From: Felis catus
Lineage: Eukaryota
NCBI RefSeq assembly: GCF_018350175.1
Contig: NC_058368.1
Location: 8,742,001-8,806,000, forward strand
Direction of reading: 5' to 3'
Length of the DNA stretch: 64,000 bases
The position numbers and the translations under genes are program-made. Positions 50,832 through 64,000 of the stretch are shown here, one piece after another (the first letter of the stretch is position 1; every line of letters begins with the position of its first letter). Under the pieces are notes generated by a model. The model made no database searches and was not told the origin of the DNA. It saw nothing but the letters and a program-made list of their open reading frames with translations.

Positions 50832-52749
50832 CACAAGAAACCCAGTTTAAATATAAAGACCCAGATTAAAAGTAAAGTAAAGATATACCGCGCTAACCCT
50901 AATCAAGAGAAATAAAGAAGAGCTGTATTAATTTGAGACAGAGACTCCAGAACAAGGAAGTTTCTTGGAGATAGGAACGCTACATAATGATAAAGAGGTC
51001 AGTTCTCCAAAGACATGTAAACCATTAAAGTAGTCGTTGGCATTTTAGGCTGACTCTGTTTGGGTCCAGTGACTTTTACATTCAGGTAATGCTCAGCTGT
51101 TGCAGTCCTGAGAACCTTGTTGCTTTAATCTCAGAAATCTCCTAAAAAGCCTCTGGGATTGGGGGGGGGGGGGTTGGGGGGGGAGGAAGAATTATAAACA
51201 TCTCATGTGCCCGGGGCGCTGCTGTGCCCTTTATAATTTTTACGTGCATTGTTTCATTTAATTCTCACATTAACCTTTCGATGCAGGTGTTTTGATGCCC
51301 ATCTTATAGATAGGTTGCTTGGATCACATAATATTTTGTGTATCATTTCATGTATGAAATATTTAAGGAGCACCTGGTAAGTCTCAAAATCATAGAGTGG
51401 CTATGACACAGGGTGTTCCCTTAAGAAAATCCCAGTCCGATATCCCATGTCACCTCATTTCATCCTCTCAGCATTGCAGGAAGACAGGCAGGAGAGCTCA
51501 GGAGAGCATTCCCACTTTCCGGATAAAGAAACAGAGGAAGAGAAGTTGTTTCTGGGCTTAGGGTCTGATGGCTGGTAAGCAGTAGAATTAAGACTTCGTG
51601 CAGGTCTCCCGCCTCCAATCCCAGTGCACCTTGCACTGTTTTAACCATGATATTTTATTGACAAAGACGTGAAATTGATTTACGGTGGTCAGAATGACAC
51701 AGAGGGGAGTCTTATCTGTCAGCATCATAGCAGGAGGACATTTATAGTGGGACATTTATTGCGGCCCCTGCCTCTGACCAGGGCTGTGCGGACAGTGACA
51801 ATTCTCCGGAATACCACTGGCGTATTAGCACATAAGCTTTTCTCAGGCAGCGGTGAGAGCGTTTCTGCCTTGATTTTCCTTATCCCTGTATGACGAGCAC
51901 TGCCAACAGAACAAAATCTCAGCGCAAAACAGCATCTTGATTTCATGCTGAGATGAATCGATGGAGAACAGTGGTCCGTGGCTGCAGTGATAAGGTACGC
52001 TTCATTCAGCGATCCGGCACTATGAGTGAAGGAACACTAGTACCTCCCCGGTGTCTTACTGCCCTAAATTAAGTAACGAGGTTGGCCAGAGGGTCAGTGC
52101 TATGCTTCACCCCGGGAGACAAATACCCATCCATTGGAAGACTGTCCACCATGCCCAAGGCAAGCCATGAAACAGATTCAGATGGCTGTTAAGTGAAAAC
52201 CACAAGACGCTCTATTTCCTCCCTCACAAAAGGAAAGGCCTGAGCAATTTTTCAGACCTGAGATATTCAGAATTTTTTCTTCTTTGTATGGTCAGAGTTT
52301 TTTTCTTCTTCAGGTCTTTATTTCTACTTTTGACAATGAGCAACCCTTCAGAATGACCGTTTCTTACCTGAAGACCCAATGCAGAACCTAAGCAGGGGAT
52401 CCAGAAGATTCAGAACTGAATTCTGCTTCTGGATGAGATGGGAGAAAACAGACCCCGCCCCCTTTCTCCCACTGATGCAGCCATAGGAGCTGAGCAGAAT
52501 GCACGAAGCTATTTGAGGACCCTGAAAAGCAAGACGTAGCAGGCAGGTAGGAACGAAGACCAGAATTCGAAGTATCACAGAACTGGTGGTGGGTTGCCAA
52601 GCTCTTCCCTCCAGTGCTCCCTGGCCTACCTTCAGACCTGGAAGGAGACCTGGACGTGAGCCCAGAAGGTTCCATGAGAAGTGAGATACGGAACTCCTTG
52701 CGCTCAGAGAGGGATAAGTAAATCTTTTTTTTTTTAACCTCATTTTCTC

Positions 52750-55700
52750 CTACCCCTAGCCTGTACGTGGCTTGTGGTCTCGCCTGCAGCAGTGGTGGTG
52801 ACAGAAGCCTGCCACAGCCAGACCCCGAGGGAGGGGAGCTTTCCTCTCTGCTTGGAGGAGTTGTATTCCAAGAGAGTGTATTCCAAGAGGCAAACCCGGA
52901 TTGTTTTTCTGCCCTGTGTGTCTGTCGTTTAGCCACAGATATGAGCACAGGGTGAGAGGTGCACAGCAGAGTGGGATAACCAAGGTCCCAGTTCTCTGGC
53001 CACGGGATGAAAAGGGGGAGCCCCAGGGAACTGAAGGAATGGCAGGGGTTGGGAAGAGGTAGGGACTTGGGAAAGAAAATGACCCTTTAACATTGGTTTC
53101 TAAACCCCTGGGCTCACCCCTCAGCTGCATTTGTGAGTGTCACCTTAAAGGCAGACATCGACTCTGAGAAATGCAGTCAGGATAGGCCACTACCCAAGTG
53201 CCTGACTGGCCATTGTTGGTGTACATGTGGGGCAGATCCTCACAGCACTTCAAAGTCTTTGCAAACTAAACTGACGCTAGAAGCACGGCCCACAGAAGGC
53301 CGGATGGGACGAGTAGCCCGGACTTTACTTGTCCAGTTGCCTGCCGACGAGTCTCCATAGGGTCCAAACAGGACCCAGAGTCCTACGTTATAATACCCAA
53401 AGTCCCCAGGACACCATCAAAGATTAGCATAAAAGAAACCAGGAAAATGTCAACATATCTGAGAAAAGTCAACAAATAGTCAAGTCAGGATGACACATAC
53501 ATTGGATTTAATTGGCAGACATTAAATTCAACCATTTCTAAAATGCTCCAAGAAGTAAAGCCAAGTACTCATAAAATTAACGGAAAGATAGGCAGTCTTA
53601 TCAAAGAAATAGGAGATGGAAAGAAGAATTAAATGGAAACTTTAGAACTTAAAAATGGAAGAACCAAGATAAGAAACTCAGTAAAGAGAGAAAACAGAGG
53701 AAAGACTCAGTGAAATTGAAGATAGATCAATAGAAATTACCCAATCTGGACAAGAGAAAGAAAATAGATTCAAAACAAAACAAAAGAACAGACTTGGGGG
53801 CCTGTGAGACAATATTAAAAGGCCTAATATTTCCATCACAGGAATCCCAGAAGAAGAGGAGATAGTGTGTGCAGAAGAAAGTATTTGAAGAAATAATGGC
53901 CCCAAACTTCCCAAATCGGTGAAAGACATAAACCTACAGATTCTAGAAGCTCAGTGAACTTCAAACAGAATAAGCCCAAAGAAATCCATGCCCCTATATA
54001 CCATAATCAAATTGCTGAAAACTAGAGATAAAGAAAAAAAATAATGAAAGCACTCAGAGGAAAATTTCACATTACCTGTAAGGGACAATTCAGATGTCTG
54101 CATATTTGCCATCATAAACCATGGAGGCCGCAAGACAGTGGAACATTTTCGAAGTACGGGAAGAAACAACCATCAACTTAGGATTTTATAGCCAGTGAGA
54201 TGATCCTTTAGAAATAAAGGTGAAAGAAAATCTCAGATGAAGGAAAACCAAACGAATCCTTTGTCCGCAGACCTGGTCTAAGAGAACAGTTAAAGGAAGT
54301 TCTCCAGACAGATGAGAGGTGACACCCATCCAAGTTCCAGAAGGAATTAGAGCAACAGGAATGAGGGGCAACATAAATAGTAAATATCTGGGTGTATAAT
54401 GGACCATACTTTTCCTAGTGAGTGCCTCAAAATACAGCAAAAGCTGGAAGCCAAAATTATAACATCGTCTAACGGGGTTTTCAGCATAGGGAGATGTGGT
54501 TCACAAGATTACTACACAGAAGACATTGGGCAGAAGTTTCTATGTGGCAGTATGATTTCTTCATTCCACTCATGGTAGTAAAATACTGCTTTTAATTAGT
54601 CTGTGAGAAGTTAAATTTGTATATTGTAGCTTCCAAATCAACAACTGAAAAATTATGCAAGATGTGGCCAAAAATGCAATAAAAAAAATTAACAAAGGGG
54701 CACCTGGGTGGCTCAGTCGGTTGAGCGTCTGACTTGAGCTCAGGTCATCTCACAGTTCGTGGGTTCGAGCCCCGCATCGGGCTCTGTGCTGACAGCTCGG
54801 AGCCTGGAGCCTGTTTCCGATTCTGTGTCTCCCTCTCTCTCTCTGCCCCTCCCCCTGCTCGCAGTCTGTCTCTCTCTCTCAAAATAAAAAAAGACATTAA
54901 AAAAATTTTTTTGATTAAAATGGAGCACTAAAAAATGTTCAAATAACCCTAAAGAAGGCAGGAAGGCAGAGAAAGGAGAACCAAAACAGAAGGAACAAAC
55001 AGAAACAATACTCCACTCAACAATAGCAAAATACACATTCTTTTCAAGTGGGCAAAAATGGAACATTTGCCAAGATAGACCATATTCTGGATCATAAAAT
55101 GAACAGATTAAAAATAATTGGAATGATACAAAGTATGTTGTCTGACCTTGATGCAATTAGACAAAAATCAGTGTGAGAAAGATAACAGAATTTTAAAACA
55201 TTTGGAAATTACATACTTCTGAATAGTCCATAGATCAAAGAGAAGTCTCAAGGGAAATTAGAAAGTATTTTAAATTGAAGGAAAATAACACAACATTCAG
55301 AAATTTGTGGAACATGGCTAACATAGTGCTTAGAGTGATATTTGTAGCATTAAGTTCTCAGAAGAGAAGAAAGGTCTCAAATCAGTAATCTAAGCTTCCA
55401 CCTGAAGACTGAATGAAAACAATGTATACTTATAGCATATAGCATAATCATCGCACAAACATACTTCAAGCAAATGAAATAATAAAGGTAGGAAGAGAAA
55501 TCAGTGAAATTAAAAACAGAAAAATTAAGAGAGAATCAGTGAAACCCCAAACTGATTCCTTCAAACAGTCAATAAAATGGATAAACCTATTGTAAGGTAA
55601 AGAAAAAAAAAGAAAGAAAGAAAGAAAGAAAGAAAGAAGAAAAGAAAAACTAGCATCAGGAACGAAGAGGGGATATTCTCATAGACCACACAGATATCAA

Positions 55701-56090
55701 AAAGGAATAAGCTATTGATACATGGGACAACTTGGGTGATTCTCGGAGGCGTTCTGCTGAGTGAACTAAGCTCGTCTCAAAAAATTACATACTCTGTGAT
55801 TCCATGTATGTGACACTTTCCAAAAGATAAAGCTGTAGTGATAGAAGGTAGATTAGTAGTAGCCAAGGGTCAGGTGTGTGTGTGTGTCGGGGATGGGGAG
55901 TTGTTGTGAATGGATTTTTTTTCTTTTTTTTTTTTCTTTTTTTTTGAGTAATGAAATTCTGTGTTCTGGTTGTGGTGGTAGTTACATAAATCTATAAATG
56001 TTTTACGCCGTATAGAACCATACACAAAAAAGCCACACATGTACACATAACCCAGTCAGCATTACCCTGTGTTGATTTTTAAAATAAATT
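52750..56090 (+). mobile_element. Ancient L1 (L1MC/MD-type): 5' region, ORF1, partial ORF2, 3' end
   Basis: cagtgaaattgaagatagatcaatagaaattacccaatctg, ggaatcccagaagaagagga, tacacattcttttcaagtg...gatagaccatattctgg, tactctgtgattccat motifs. Confidence 0.8.
54697..54915 (+). mobile_element. Felid Can-SINE
   Basis: Typical head and tail. Confidence 0.95.
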
Positions 56091-58529
56091 TTGTTAAAGC
56101 AGAAAAAGGTGACAACTCATGTGATCACTTTGCTATTGTCCTTGGGGTCTTACTCATTTGAAACTTGCAGGGAAGGCAAATCTATTTTGTGTTTGGTGGG
56201 GTGAATTTTCACTTCTTCATGGGAATAGGTCGCCTCTGCAGTAGGACACTGTGTGAAGTGTTAATTTGTGGCCAGTTATAGTCAAAGCATTTATTCCCTC
56301 TGATTTGGGCATCCAGGCACACAGGCACTCTCCCCATAGCATGCCACAGAGCTCAGTGAGGACTCAGACTCTCAACTTCACCTTGAAAACCCTGAGAGAC
56401 AAAAAAAAGATTTGACAGAGTAAGTTAATCTGGGTAGAAATTAATGTCTAGACTCCCATTCTTCCTCAGAGGAGCTGAGCTGAAAAGGGGAAAGAATGTT
56501 CCAAAAGAATCTCAAGATTCAGCCTTAGTCTGTTTGCACCTGCCTCGGGTTTAGTCCTAGAGGAGGGACTTAAATAAGTGGAACCCCCACCATAATTTGG
56601 AGGATCGCAGAGGAGTGGGGACCCTTATCTTGTTCAGCCCACTTGGACTCCTGGCAGTTACAAACTTGACGGACTTCTCTCAAGCCACAGTGAATGGAGG
56701 GAGGAGGAGCAGAGGTTGCCGAAGAGTGCTAAGGGCAGAGCGAGTCTCCTGCAAGCTTCAGAGGGTAGAAAACACCACCAATACAAGATGGAGCAGGGGA
56801 CCTGTGTGAATCCAACCCCCAGAGGGCACAGTCCTCCTGGGATGTCATGAGGACAAAGCCAGGGACCACAGCCCTTCAGGTATGGTTTTACTCAGCAGCG
56901 GGTATGATGTGAAAGATGACATTCCCAGGATCCTTCCAGAAGAGTCATCACTCAAAGGCTGCCAGCCCAGGACATAGATGGGAAGAGAAGCAGAAGCCAC
57001 CAAGCCCTCGCTCCTACCATGATCAGTGACATGAGTCCCCTGGGATCAATCCAGGGTGGAGTGGAGAAGAGAACAACCCACAGGGCGGGCGTGGGGGTGG
57101 GGGGTGGGGTGGGGGTCAAACTAGAAAGTGACTGATTTATGTAAACCTACCTTGAGAAATGATGGGATTAGCTCTCACCTAAAAGCAAGTAAATTACATT
57201 TCCCAATGCTTAGGAAAAATGGGGGCTCAAGGATAGAGATTAAGAGACTAAGAACTTTTTTTTAATACTTTTGAATTTTTGAAGTTCATATCTGCAACAT
57301 ACCTTTAAAAAAAAAAAAACTGTTACAACTGAAAAAACAGGAAAGAATGATGGCATTAGTGGTTTTTTGTCCCGACCTCCAGATGAGATCCCAGAACTCT
57401 TAACGGTCTACACACACTCATCTCTCTGTGGGTTAGATCTGGCATAACCAGTGAGTATATTGTGTTGGTGACGCCATCAACCTCTACTTGTAATACTTTA
57501 AATTGTTCTGCTGGAAGGAATGCGTCCGAGGTGGGCTTATGGGGCGCTCTGCCTTTATCAGCAAAGAAAACACGGAGGTCAGCTTAGGCTGCTACAGAAT
57601 AAATCCCATGCTGCGGGGGAGAGCTGCTCTCGCATTCCCTTCTAGGAACATCTACCTTGATTTTAGGAGGACTGAACTTGGCGAGGGAAGAAAGAGGTAG
57701 TACAGCCCAAATTAGAATCTGCAGCTGGCTGGAAACCTTTCTGCCGCTGCTGGGAAACTAACGCGAGGGTCCTGAAGGGGCAGATTTCTGGGCTTCTGCC
57801 CAGATGCAGATGATGCTGGAGGAAGAGTAGAAGCTCTATGCCCGGAAAAAAATCTGGAGCACATAAACTAGACTAGACAGGAGTGAGGGGAACGTTTGCA
57901 ACCGCGGCCAGTAAAGCAGCTACGATTTCTAATGCAATGAAAAGAAGGGGGTTGATACTATGGAATCAGAGGCTACAGTACTTACAGCAGAGGGCAAGTT
58001 ACAGCATAGAAAATAACCTGCCGGAATATAGGAATTACTTACAGGCATCGGCACTAAGAGGGACTCCTGTTCTGTTTCCCCATCGTTGGCTAACGTCGTG
58101 GGAGCTTATCATGTGCCAGGCACCTGGGTGCAGGCCCCCCGCACCTAGTCCCGTTTAATTCTTCCGGCAACCCTGCAGTGGGCCCTGTCATTACGGAGAG
58201 GTGAGTTGCTTTGCTTGAAGTCACACAAGTAAGTCAGAGAAGGGCTGAGATCTGAAGCAAGGCGGCTGGAACGGTAAAGCCTGGTTCATCACGGCATTCT
58301 GCTGCCTCCCAGTAGTTTACATTTGGAATGATACTTAGTACAATAGGGTGAGGAAAATTGGGGATCAGAAAACCTGACTCAGCTCTGCTCCTTAACAGCA
58401 CTGTGGCCTGGAAGACTCACAGAACCCCTCTCTCTTTCCGTTTCTTCATCCGTAAAAGGAGGCTCTTACGAGGATGAACTGAGACCATAGCAATACACGT
58501 AAAAGTGGCCTCGACACTTGGTGACAATG

Positions 58530-59365
58530 ACTGTTTATTCAAACAATAACCATCAAGTGCTTGCTCTGGACCGGAACTGCGCTCAGTACTGGGAATACGA
58601 TAGGACGTGGTCTGTGTCGTCCTAGAGCTCAGATTCCGGCAGAAGGAATGATCAAGTTGCCACAAAAAATAAATATAAAAAGCAGCAGGGGAGGCTGTGG
58701 CGTAGTCTGGGAGGTCAGGGACGTGGCCTGAGGTCGAAAAAGGAGGTCAGGGAATAATATTGCCAGCAGATTGGGGTGCGGTCGGAGGGGAGTGTGGCTG
58801 CACTAGAAAAATCACCATGAGGGAAGGGGACACGGCAGGTCCATAGAGTAGAAGGAGGCCAGGGGAGGCCAGTCGAGCGCTAGGCTGGGAAAGTGGTTGA
58901 CAGGCCACACCACGCAGATCCTAAGCGGTGATGGAGATCCTGTCCTTATCTAAGAGTAAGAGGAAGTCTCTGCCTAGAGAGTGATCTGAGAAGACTCACA
59001 TTCCAAGAACAGATGGGCGGGGAGACCAAACAGGAGGTTATGGAAGTAATCCAAATGGGACCGCATGGTAGTGCCTGGGTCCAACATGGCGGGCGTGGGG
59101 ACAGAAGTCTGTGGATGGTTGGTTGGAGAGATATTTAGGAGGAAATTGAATAGGGGGTGGTGATGTGTTGGAATAGGGGTAAAGAAAAAGCGGCTGCCAG
59201 GACGAGGTCTAGGGGTCTGTCTGGGGAGCCAGGTGAACGGGGGTACCGCTTACTGAAGTAAAAACGAAGAGATGAGCATACTCTGCCGAGGTTCACGAAT
59301 TGGGCCGCTAGACATGGAGAGTTTGAGGTTCTTCTGAGACATCAGGCGAAGATGTCAAGTAAGCT
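58530..59365 (-). mobile_element. L2 fragment
   Basis: tttattcaaacaa...3'-end motif and purine-rich body (gagatatttaggagg, gagtttgagg...gagacatc). Confidence 0.65.
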
Positions 59366-59384
59366 AACTAGAACTGGCACTCTT

Positions 59385-59609
59385 TAATTTTTTTTTTCAA
59401 CGTTTTTTATTTTTTTTTATTTTTGGGACAGAGAGAGACAGAGCATGAACGGGGGAGGGGCAGAGAGAGAGGGAGACACAGAATCGGAAACAGGCTCCAG
59501 GCTCCGAGCCATCAGCCCAGAGCCCGACGCGGGGCTCGAACTCACGGACCGCGAGATCGTGACCTGGCTGAAGTCGGACGCTTAACCGACTGCGCCACCC
59601 AGGCGCCCC
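59385..59609 (-). mobile_element. Young felid Can-SINE
   Basis: 17-bp TSD ctagaactggcactctt at 59368 and 59609; nearly all CpGs intact. Confidence 0.97.
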
Positions 59610-62600
59610 TAGAACTGGCACTCTTAAGACCCCTGGCTGGGGCATTTTGTCTGACTGACTCACTTTGCGAGGAAGCGACCCAGCCCCTGCTGTAGGCATT
59701 CACTGTCTGGACCCAAACAGACTCTTCTTTCGCCTAAGACCCAGAGCCTTCCCTCAGAGAGCTGGCCTCATCTGTGACATTACGTGAACACATGACAGCG
59801 AGAAAACGTAAGTCAGTGTGTGATGAATTATCGAGCATTGGGGCCTGGTGGAAACAAGTGGGGCAGCTTCCTGGAAGAAGCGAGGCCCACGTGGGAGACA
59901 CCCGACAGGCTGAAGGACAGGTGGCAGAGAAGAAAGTGATGCCTCAAGGTGAGCAAGAGAAGAGAGAATAAGCACAGGGCTGAGGCAGGAAGCGGTGGGG
60001 TGACCAGCCGGCTGTGGTTTGCAGTGTGTGCGTTTAGATGCTTCTGGGTCACGGAGTCCAGCACTTCGAGCAGTCTTTGAGGATGAGACGGGCATTCTTT
60101 GAATTGTCAGCCTTCTATCTCACTGGCTTCCGGTCTCGTGAAACGATAGATCACTCACTGCAAATGGCCAACAGAAGTTCAAATGACATGAAAGTAAAGG
60201 GTGTGTATATATTTAAATGTTTTTTTTTCCCCTCATGCAAGGCTTTAGACAGTTAGCAGAAATGATACGTTAAAATAGACAAGAGGACCTGAAGGAGACG
60301 ATGTCTATTTCTGCACGATCCCTGCTATTGGGGGGCTGCTGGGGGGCGACCCTGTAACCTAACGTGGGGGCCCTGCAGTGGGAGGGAATGGACAGCCGTA
60401 CAGAACCAAGGCCCTTTTCAAATTTTCATACACGTGGAAAAATGTCTTCCGATTTGAATAAAAAGTATGTCAGGAGAAAGAAGATTTCTCATTCTGGGGA
60501 CTTCAGCTTTGTACTCCTGCCACATCAGGCCTGCTATCTTTCGTCCCCTCTTTCAGGACTCAGAAGCGGTGTGGCCCCTGCGGTTGTAGAGCCCACGAGA
60601 AGGTCTGTGCGTGGAACAGAGCGGGAGGGCAGCCTTGGGCATGGCCTTCGCTGAAGGATGGCTTCCCCTCCCCGGCCACTTGCAAAGAAGAAGCGTTTGT
60701 TAATTTCTAACTGTCCACTTTTTCTCAGTCATAGGGAAACTTGTGCAGAACATTCAAAGTAGTTCAGGGACAGCCACTTTGGGGCCCATTTAAAATAAGT
60801 TGACCTATATTGTATATAATTAAACCTGGAGTTGGGGTTGCATTTTGAAAATTGCTTTGAAGCTAATGAATACTTTCTGTAGTGCACTACAGCAAAATTC
60901 CCAAAGAAAGAGAAAAAAAAAAACCCTATGTGTATTTATAAAGCATCTCTTTGCATGAACATATTTTATGAGACCTAGACAGCAGGGGAAAATGTCAGCT
61001 AAACGAAGAATCATCTCTTCCAATGGAAGAGACTTTTTTTTTTTTAAATAACAAAATAGAGTAATGATGGCGTCCATTTCCTTATCCAAGCCCAGTGGAA
61101 ATCCTGTGTTCATCAGACTCCTGATACTATCTGAAATCTCTGAAGTAACCGTGATTTATGTCCACACTCAACAAAAGTACCAGCTTTTTGTAACCCAAGG
61201 TCTGGTTGGGATGCAGAATTTGCATGTGCATTCGCACTCTGGGTACCGTTTCAGCCCACCGAGAGGGAATCCAAACAGTCAATGGCAAGAGCTCAGTCCA
61301 AACTGTATCCTGGATTCCCGTGTCCATTAATAGTCTAGGTCCCTTGAGAGCCCCAGGATTAAACTAACGGCCTCTGCCACTTGTGATTGCAAAGTGTCAT
61401 GTTCTGTATGGTTTTTCTCTTATCTCCGTCGGGACAACAGCTCGGGTACGTGACGCCTGTCCAGCCACAGCTGCTGACATCGCTCCAGGGACACACACCT
61501 CAGGCAGCCAAGGCCTGCACAAGACACGGCCTCATCTTCTCAGTCTGGAAATCATTCAAACATGGCAGCCCCAGCGTTGGACCCCAGCCAGCAACACGCC
61601 TAGCCCTGCTGCTGTGTCCAACCTGTCTTAATTTAAGCCATTTAACTGTAGTTATTTCCAGCTGAGAACAGGTTCTAGCTCCTGCTGAAGCAGGGCTGGT
61701 GGCCTAGAGACATCTAGCTGTAGTTTTTAAAACACCATTGGGGGGACCACTATATCAGTTTGTAACACTAGTGTTAGGACCAGAGTTTAATCCCAATCCC
61801 AGTTACATTCATGCATTCCTTACTTGTTTCTTCTGTGTCTACAGTATGCCAGATGTGCTCTTAGGGCTGCAACACCCAGCAGGGAATAAGGCCAACACTG
61901 GCTTCCAGGCTACAGTTTATCAGTATGAGATAAAGTTTTAGGAGCATGAGAAGGCAGGCTGAAAATGAGTCAACATTTGTTAGAAATGCAAGGTCCTTCT
62001 ATCAAAATACCTTCCCAACACATGTTCTTTTATAGTCCAGCCAGAAGATCATTTCTGGTTTCACTGTCCCTGTGGCCCCTCCTTCGGCCCATCCCTGTCC
62101 TCTGAGGATGGTGGGGCAGCCCTGGGTGCTGGCCGTGCCACACTCACAGATGACTGAGTTGCCCTGACCTTGGTGCCCAGGTGCCCAGGTAGGGAGTGGG
62201 CAGAAAGTAGAGATGTCAAGGATAACCAAGAGGGTTTCGATTATGTCCTTCTACAGGCCTTTTCTTACCTACTCTTCAGAAAAGGGGAGATGGAGAATTC
62301 CTTTAGCCCCCTGCCCCATCACGTAAACACGTGGCAGTGGTCCCCAGTGTCCCCCAATACTGAAATCTCTAGTGCAGGTTGCCTGTTGCCTGCCATTGCT
62401 GGAGTCCTTCCTTCCCTGGTTTGTCCTTTCACACAGTTTAGAGGCAACTGAACTATAGGACAGAGCTGCTGTGTGCCAGGTCAGCCAGTGGTAGAATCAC
62501 CAACACTCACAACACCATCCCATCCAGACGTGAACCAAAGTGAGACATTTTTTTTTGTTTGCCAGAGTAGAAGAAAGACTCCCACCAGTTGAGAGAAAGT

Positions 62601-63109
62601 CATGACTATTGTAGCTTTCTGATCAAACCTTTCCCAGCATTCTTTCTACACTGGGAGAGGTATATGCTGTCTCCAACAGGGTACCCCACTTCAGTACAGG
62701 CAGCACATTTTATAAAGAAGCCTGTTGTTGTGGGGGATCCCCAATAATGTGGGAAAGATAGGAGAGGTTCTTGGTAAACTGATAAAGTAGGATTCTTGCT
62801 GGCCAGACGGTTGTAGGCAGGCTGAAGACAGGACCAATTACTCCCCTAAAAGAGAATAACTCCGGTAAGCCTGCACTCTAAATAGAGATTTTAGAAACGG
62901 AAAGGGCACGGCACCTTTTTCCTGCTTGCATGGCAGAGCTTAGAACTTTATGGAAAGCAGTCTCACTGTCCCCTGATAGGACCATTCTCTCCATACACCA
63001 AGGGAAGGGGCCCTGGGACAGTCCTTTCGTTAGTAAGTCTTGCCATTTGTGTCCTGGTAGATCTTCCATTCCGAGAGCTTAAAGACTTAAGCCCTAGAAT
63101 CTTGAAGTT

Positions 63110-63930
63110 TTCATTTCTCCACTCCACAGATATTTACTGAGAGCTTGCTATGTGCTAGGCAGGATGGTTAGGCACAAGGGGTGGACTTGGTGGGGAGGGG
63201 GTAACAGGTTGTATAACAACCCGTTGAATTTACAGGTAACGTGTAAGATCAGAACTGAAACGGGTGGGTGTGTGGAGTGGCACATGGTGTAGTGAGGGCA
63301 TATAAAAGCAGAGCTGACCTCATGGGAGGTGAGGGAGGGACTTCTAAGGAAGTGACGATTGAGCTGAGAACTAAAGGGTCCTTTTAGTTGATGAGGAGGA
63401 AAAAGAATGAGTATCCCAAACAACAGGAGTGTCAACACAAAGCACCTGTAATGGGAGAAGGCTGGCAGAACCATAAGCATGAGGGATGGATGGAGAAGAG
63501 GCCACGAGACTCTGGAGAGAGGAGCATCATGGAGACATGACAGGTAGAGCAGGTTAAGGTGTGGTGTTCCATCCTAAGAACACTAGAGAGCAGGTTAAGC
63601 TTTTGGGGGGATGTGTAACCATCCACTTTGGGTACCCATGAAGATTGCTCTTGCAGAGGATGAGTAGAGGATGGAAAGGCCAGAGTGAATTCAGGGAGAT
63701 CACTGGTGGGGGGGCTGTTGGAGTGAGGATCCAAGAGGTGACAACATCCTGGGTAACAGTGGAAGGGAGAAGAAAGGTGACATGAGGAGATACTTGGGCG
63801 ACAGCAGTCAGTAGGACTGGGGGTAGGACTGGCTATGGGGCTGCTTAGGAGACGTGTTTAAGGAGCTTGGCTTCAGATCGCTTAGCCGGGTGGTTGATGG
63901 TACCATTTCCTGAGACTGATATAGTGCATA
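63110..63930 (-). mobile_element. L2 fragment
   Basis: atatttactgagagcttgctatgtgctaggc end motif; gggtggttgatggtaccatttcctgag motif. Confidence 0.7.
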
Positions 63931-64000
63931 TGCCTATCCGTGACAGTCAGCATTTTAAAATCCTGTGAGTGATATTCCCAGCTATCAATATAAAAACTAG

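Larger units (their letters stand above)
50135..51020 (+). mobile_element. Old L1 ORF2 endonuclease-region fragment hosting a SINE and the retrocopy
   Basis: taaatacaccaattaaaagacagagat...aactatatgttgtccacaagaaaccca...tttaaatataaagac...tacataatgataaagaggtcagttctccaa. Confidence 0.75.

Noticed and set aside
50495..50834. Several overlapping ORFs in the GC-rich insert
   Set aside because: Chance ORFs in a retrocopied 3'UTR; no G6PD coding sequence is present.
977..59609. Recurrent ~200-bp repeats and MAQSVKRPTSAQVMIS-type ORFs
   Set aside because: Dispersed Can-SINEs, not a CRISPR-like array or protein family.
62720..62900. Possible old LTR fragment
   Set aside because: Only vague resemblance; no termini or TSD identified.
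39008..64000. Next MTUS2 exon (NESALVKEKELSIEL...) or short-isoform first exon
   Set aside because: Not found by eye; probably downstream of the window.

Overview
Mammalian genomic DNA from a felid (about 25 tRNA-derived Can-SINE/SINEC copies, several of the young felid type, plus carnivore L1). The window lies inside the + strand gene MTUS2 (microtubule-associated scaffold protein 2, CAZIP/TIP150). Only two coding exons are present: 99 nt at 27567-27665 and 212 nt at 38796-39007. Both have canonical AG/GT ends, and they join in frame to give [104 protein letters not shown]. The rest is intron, full of SINEC, L1, L2, MIR, MaLR/ERVL LTRs, an ERV1-type solo LTR, DNA-transposon MITEs and microsatellites. 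Almost all supplied ORFs are spurious or repeat-derived. I found no evidence of a new multi-gene system. The most notable items are: (1) a 5'-truncated retrocopy of what looks like the G6PD mRNA 3'UTR, with poly(A) and a 17-bp TSD, antisense in the intron; (2) a cluster of four ATGCAAAT octamers including a perfect SOX-OCT composite CATTGTTATGCAAAT, a candidate enhancer; (3) an L1 with an apparent short 3' transduction. Gene and repeat-family names come from my recall of known sequences, not from a database search, and old-repeat boundaries are approximate.
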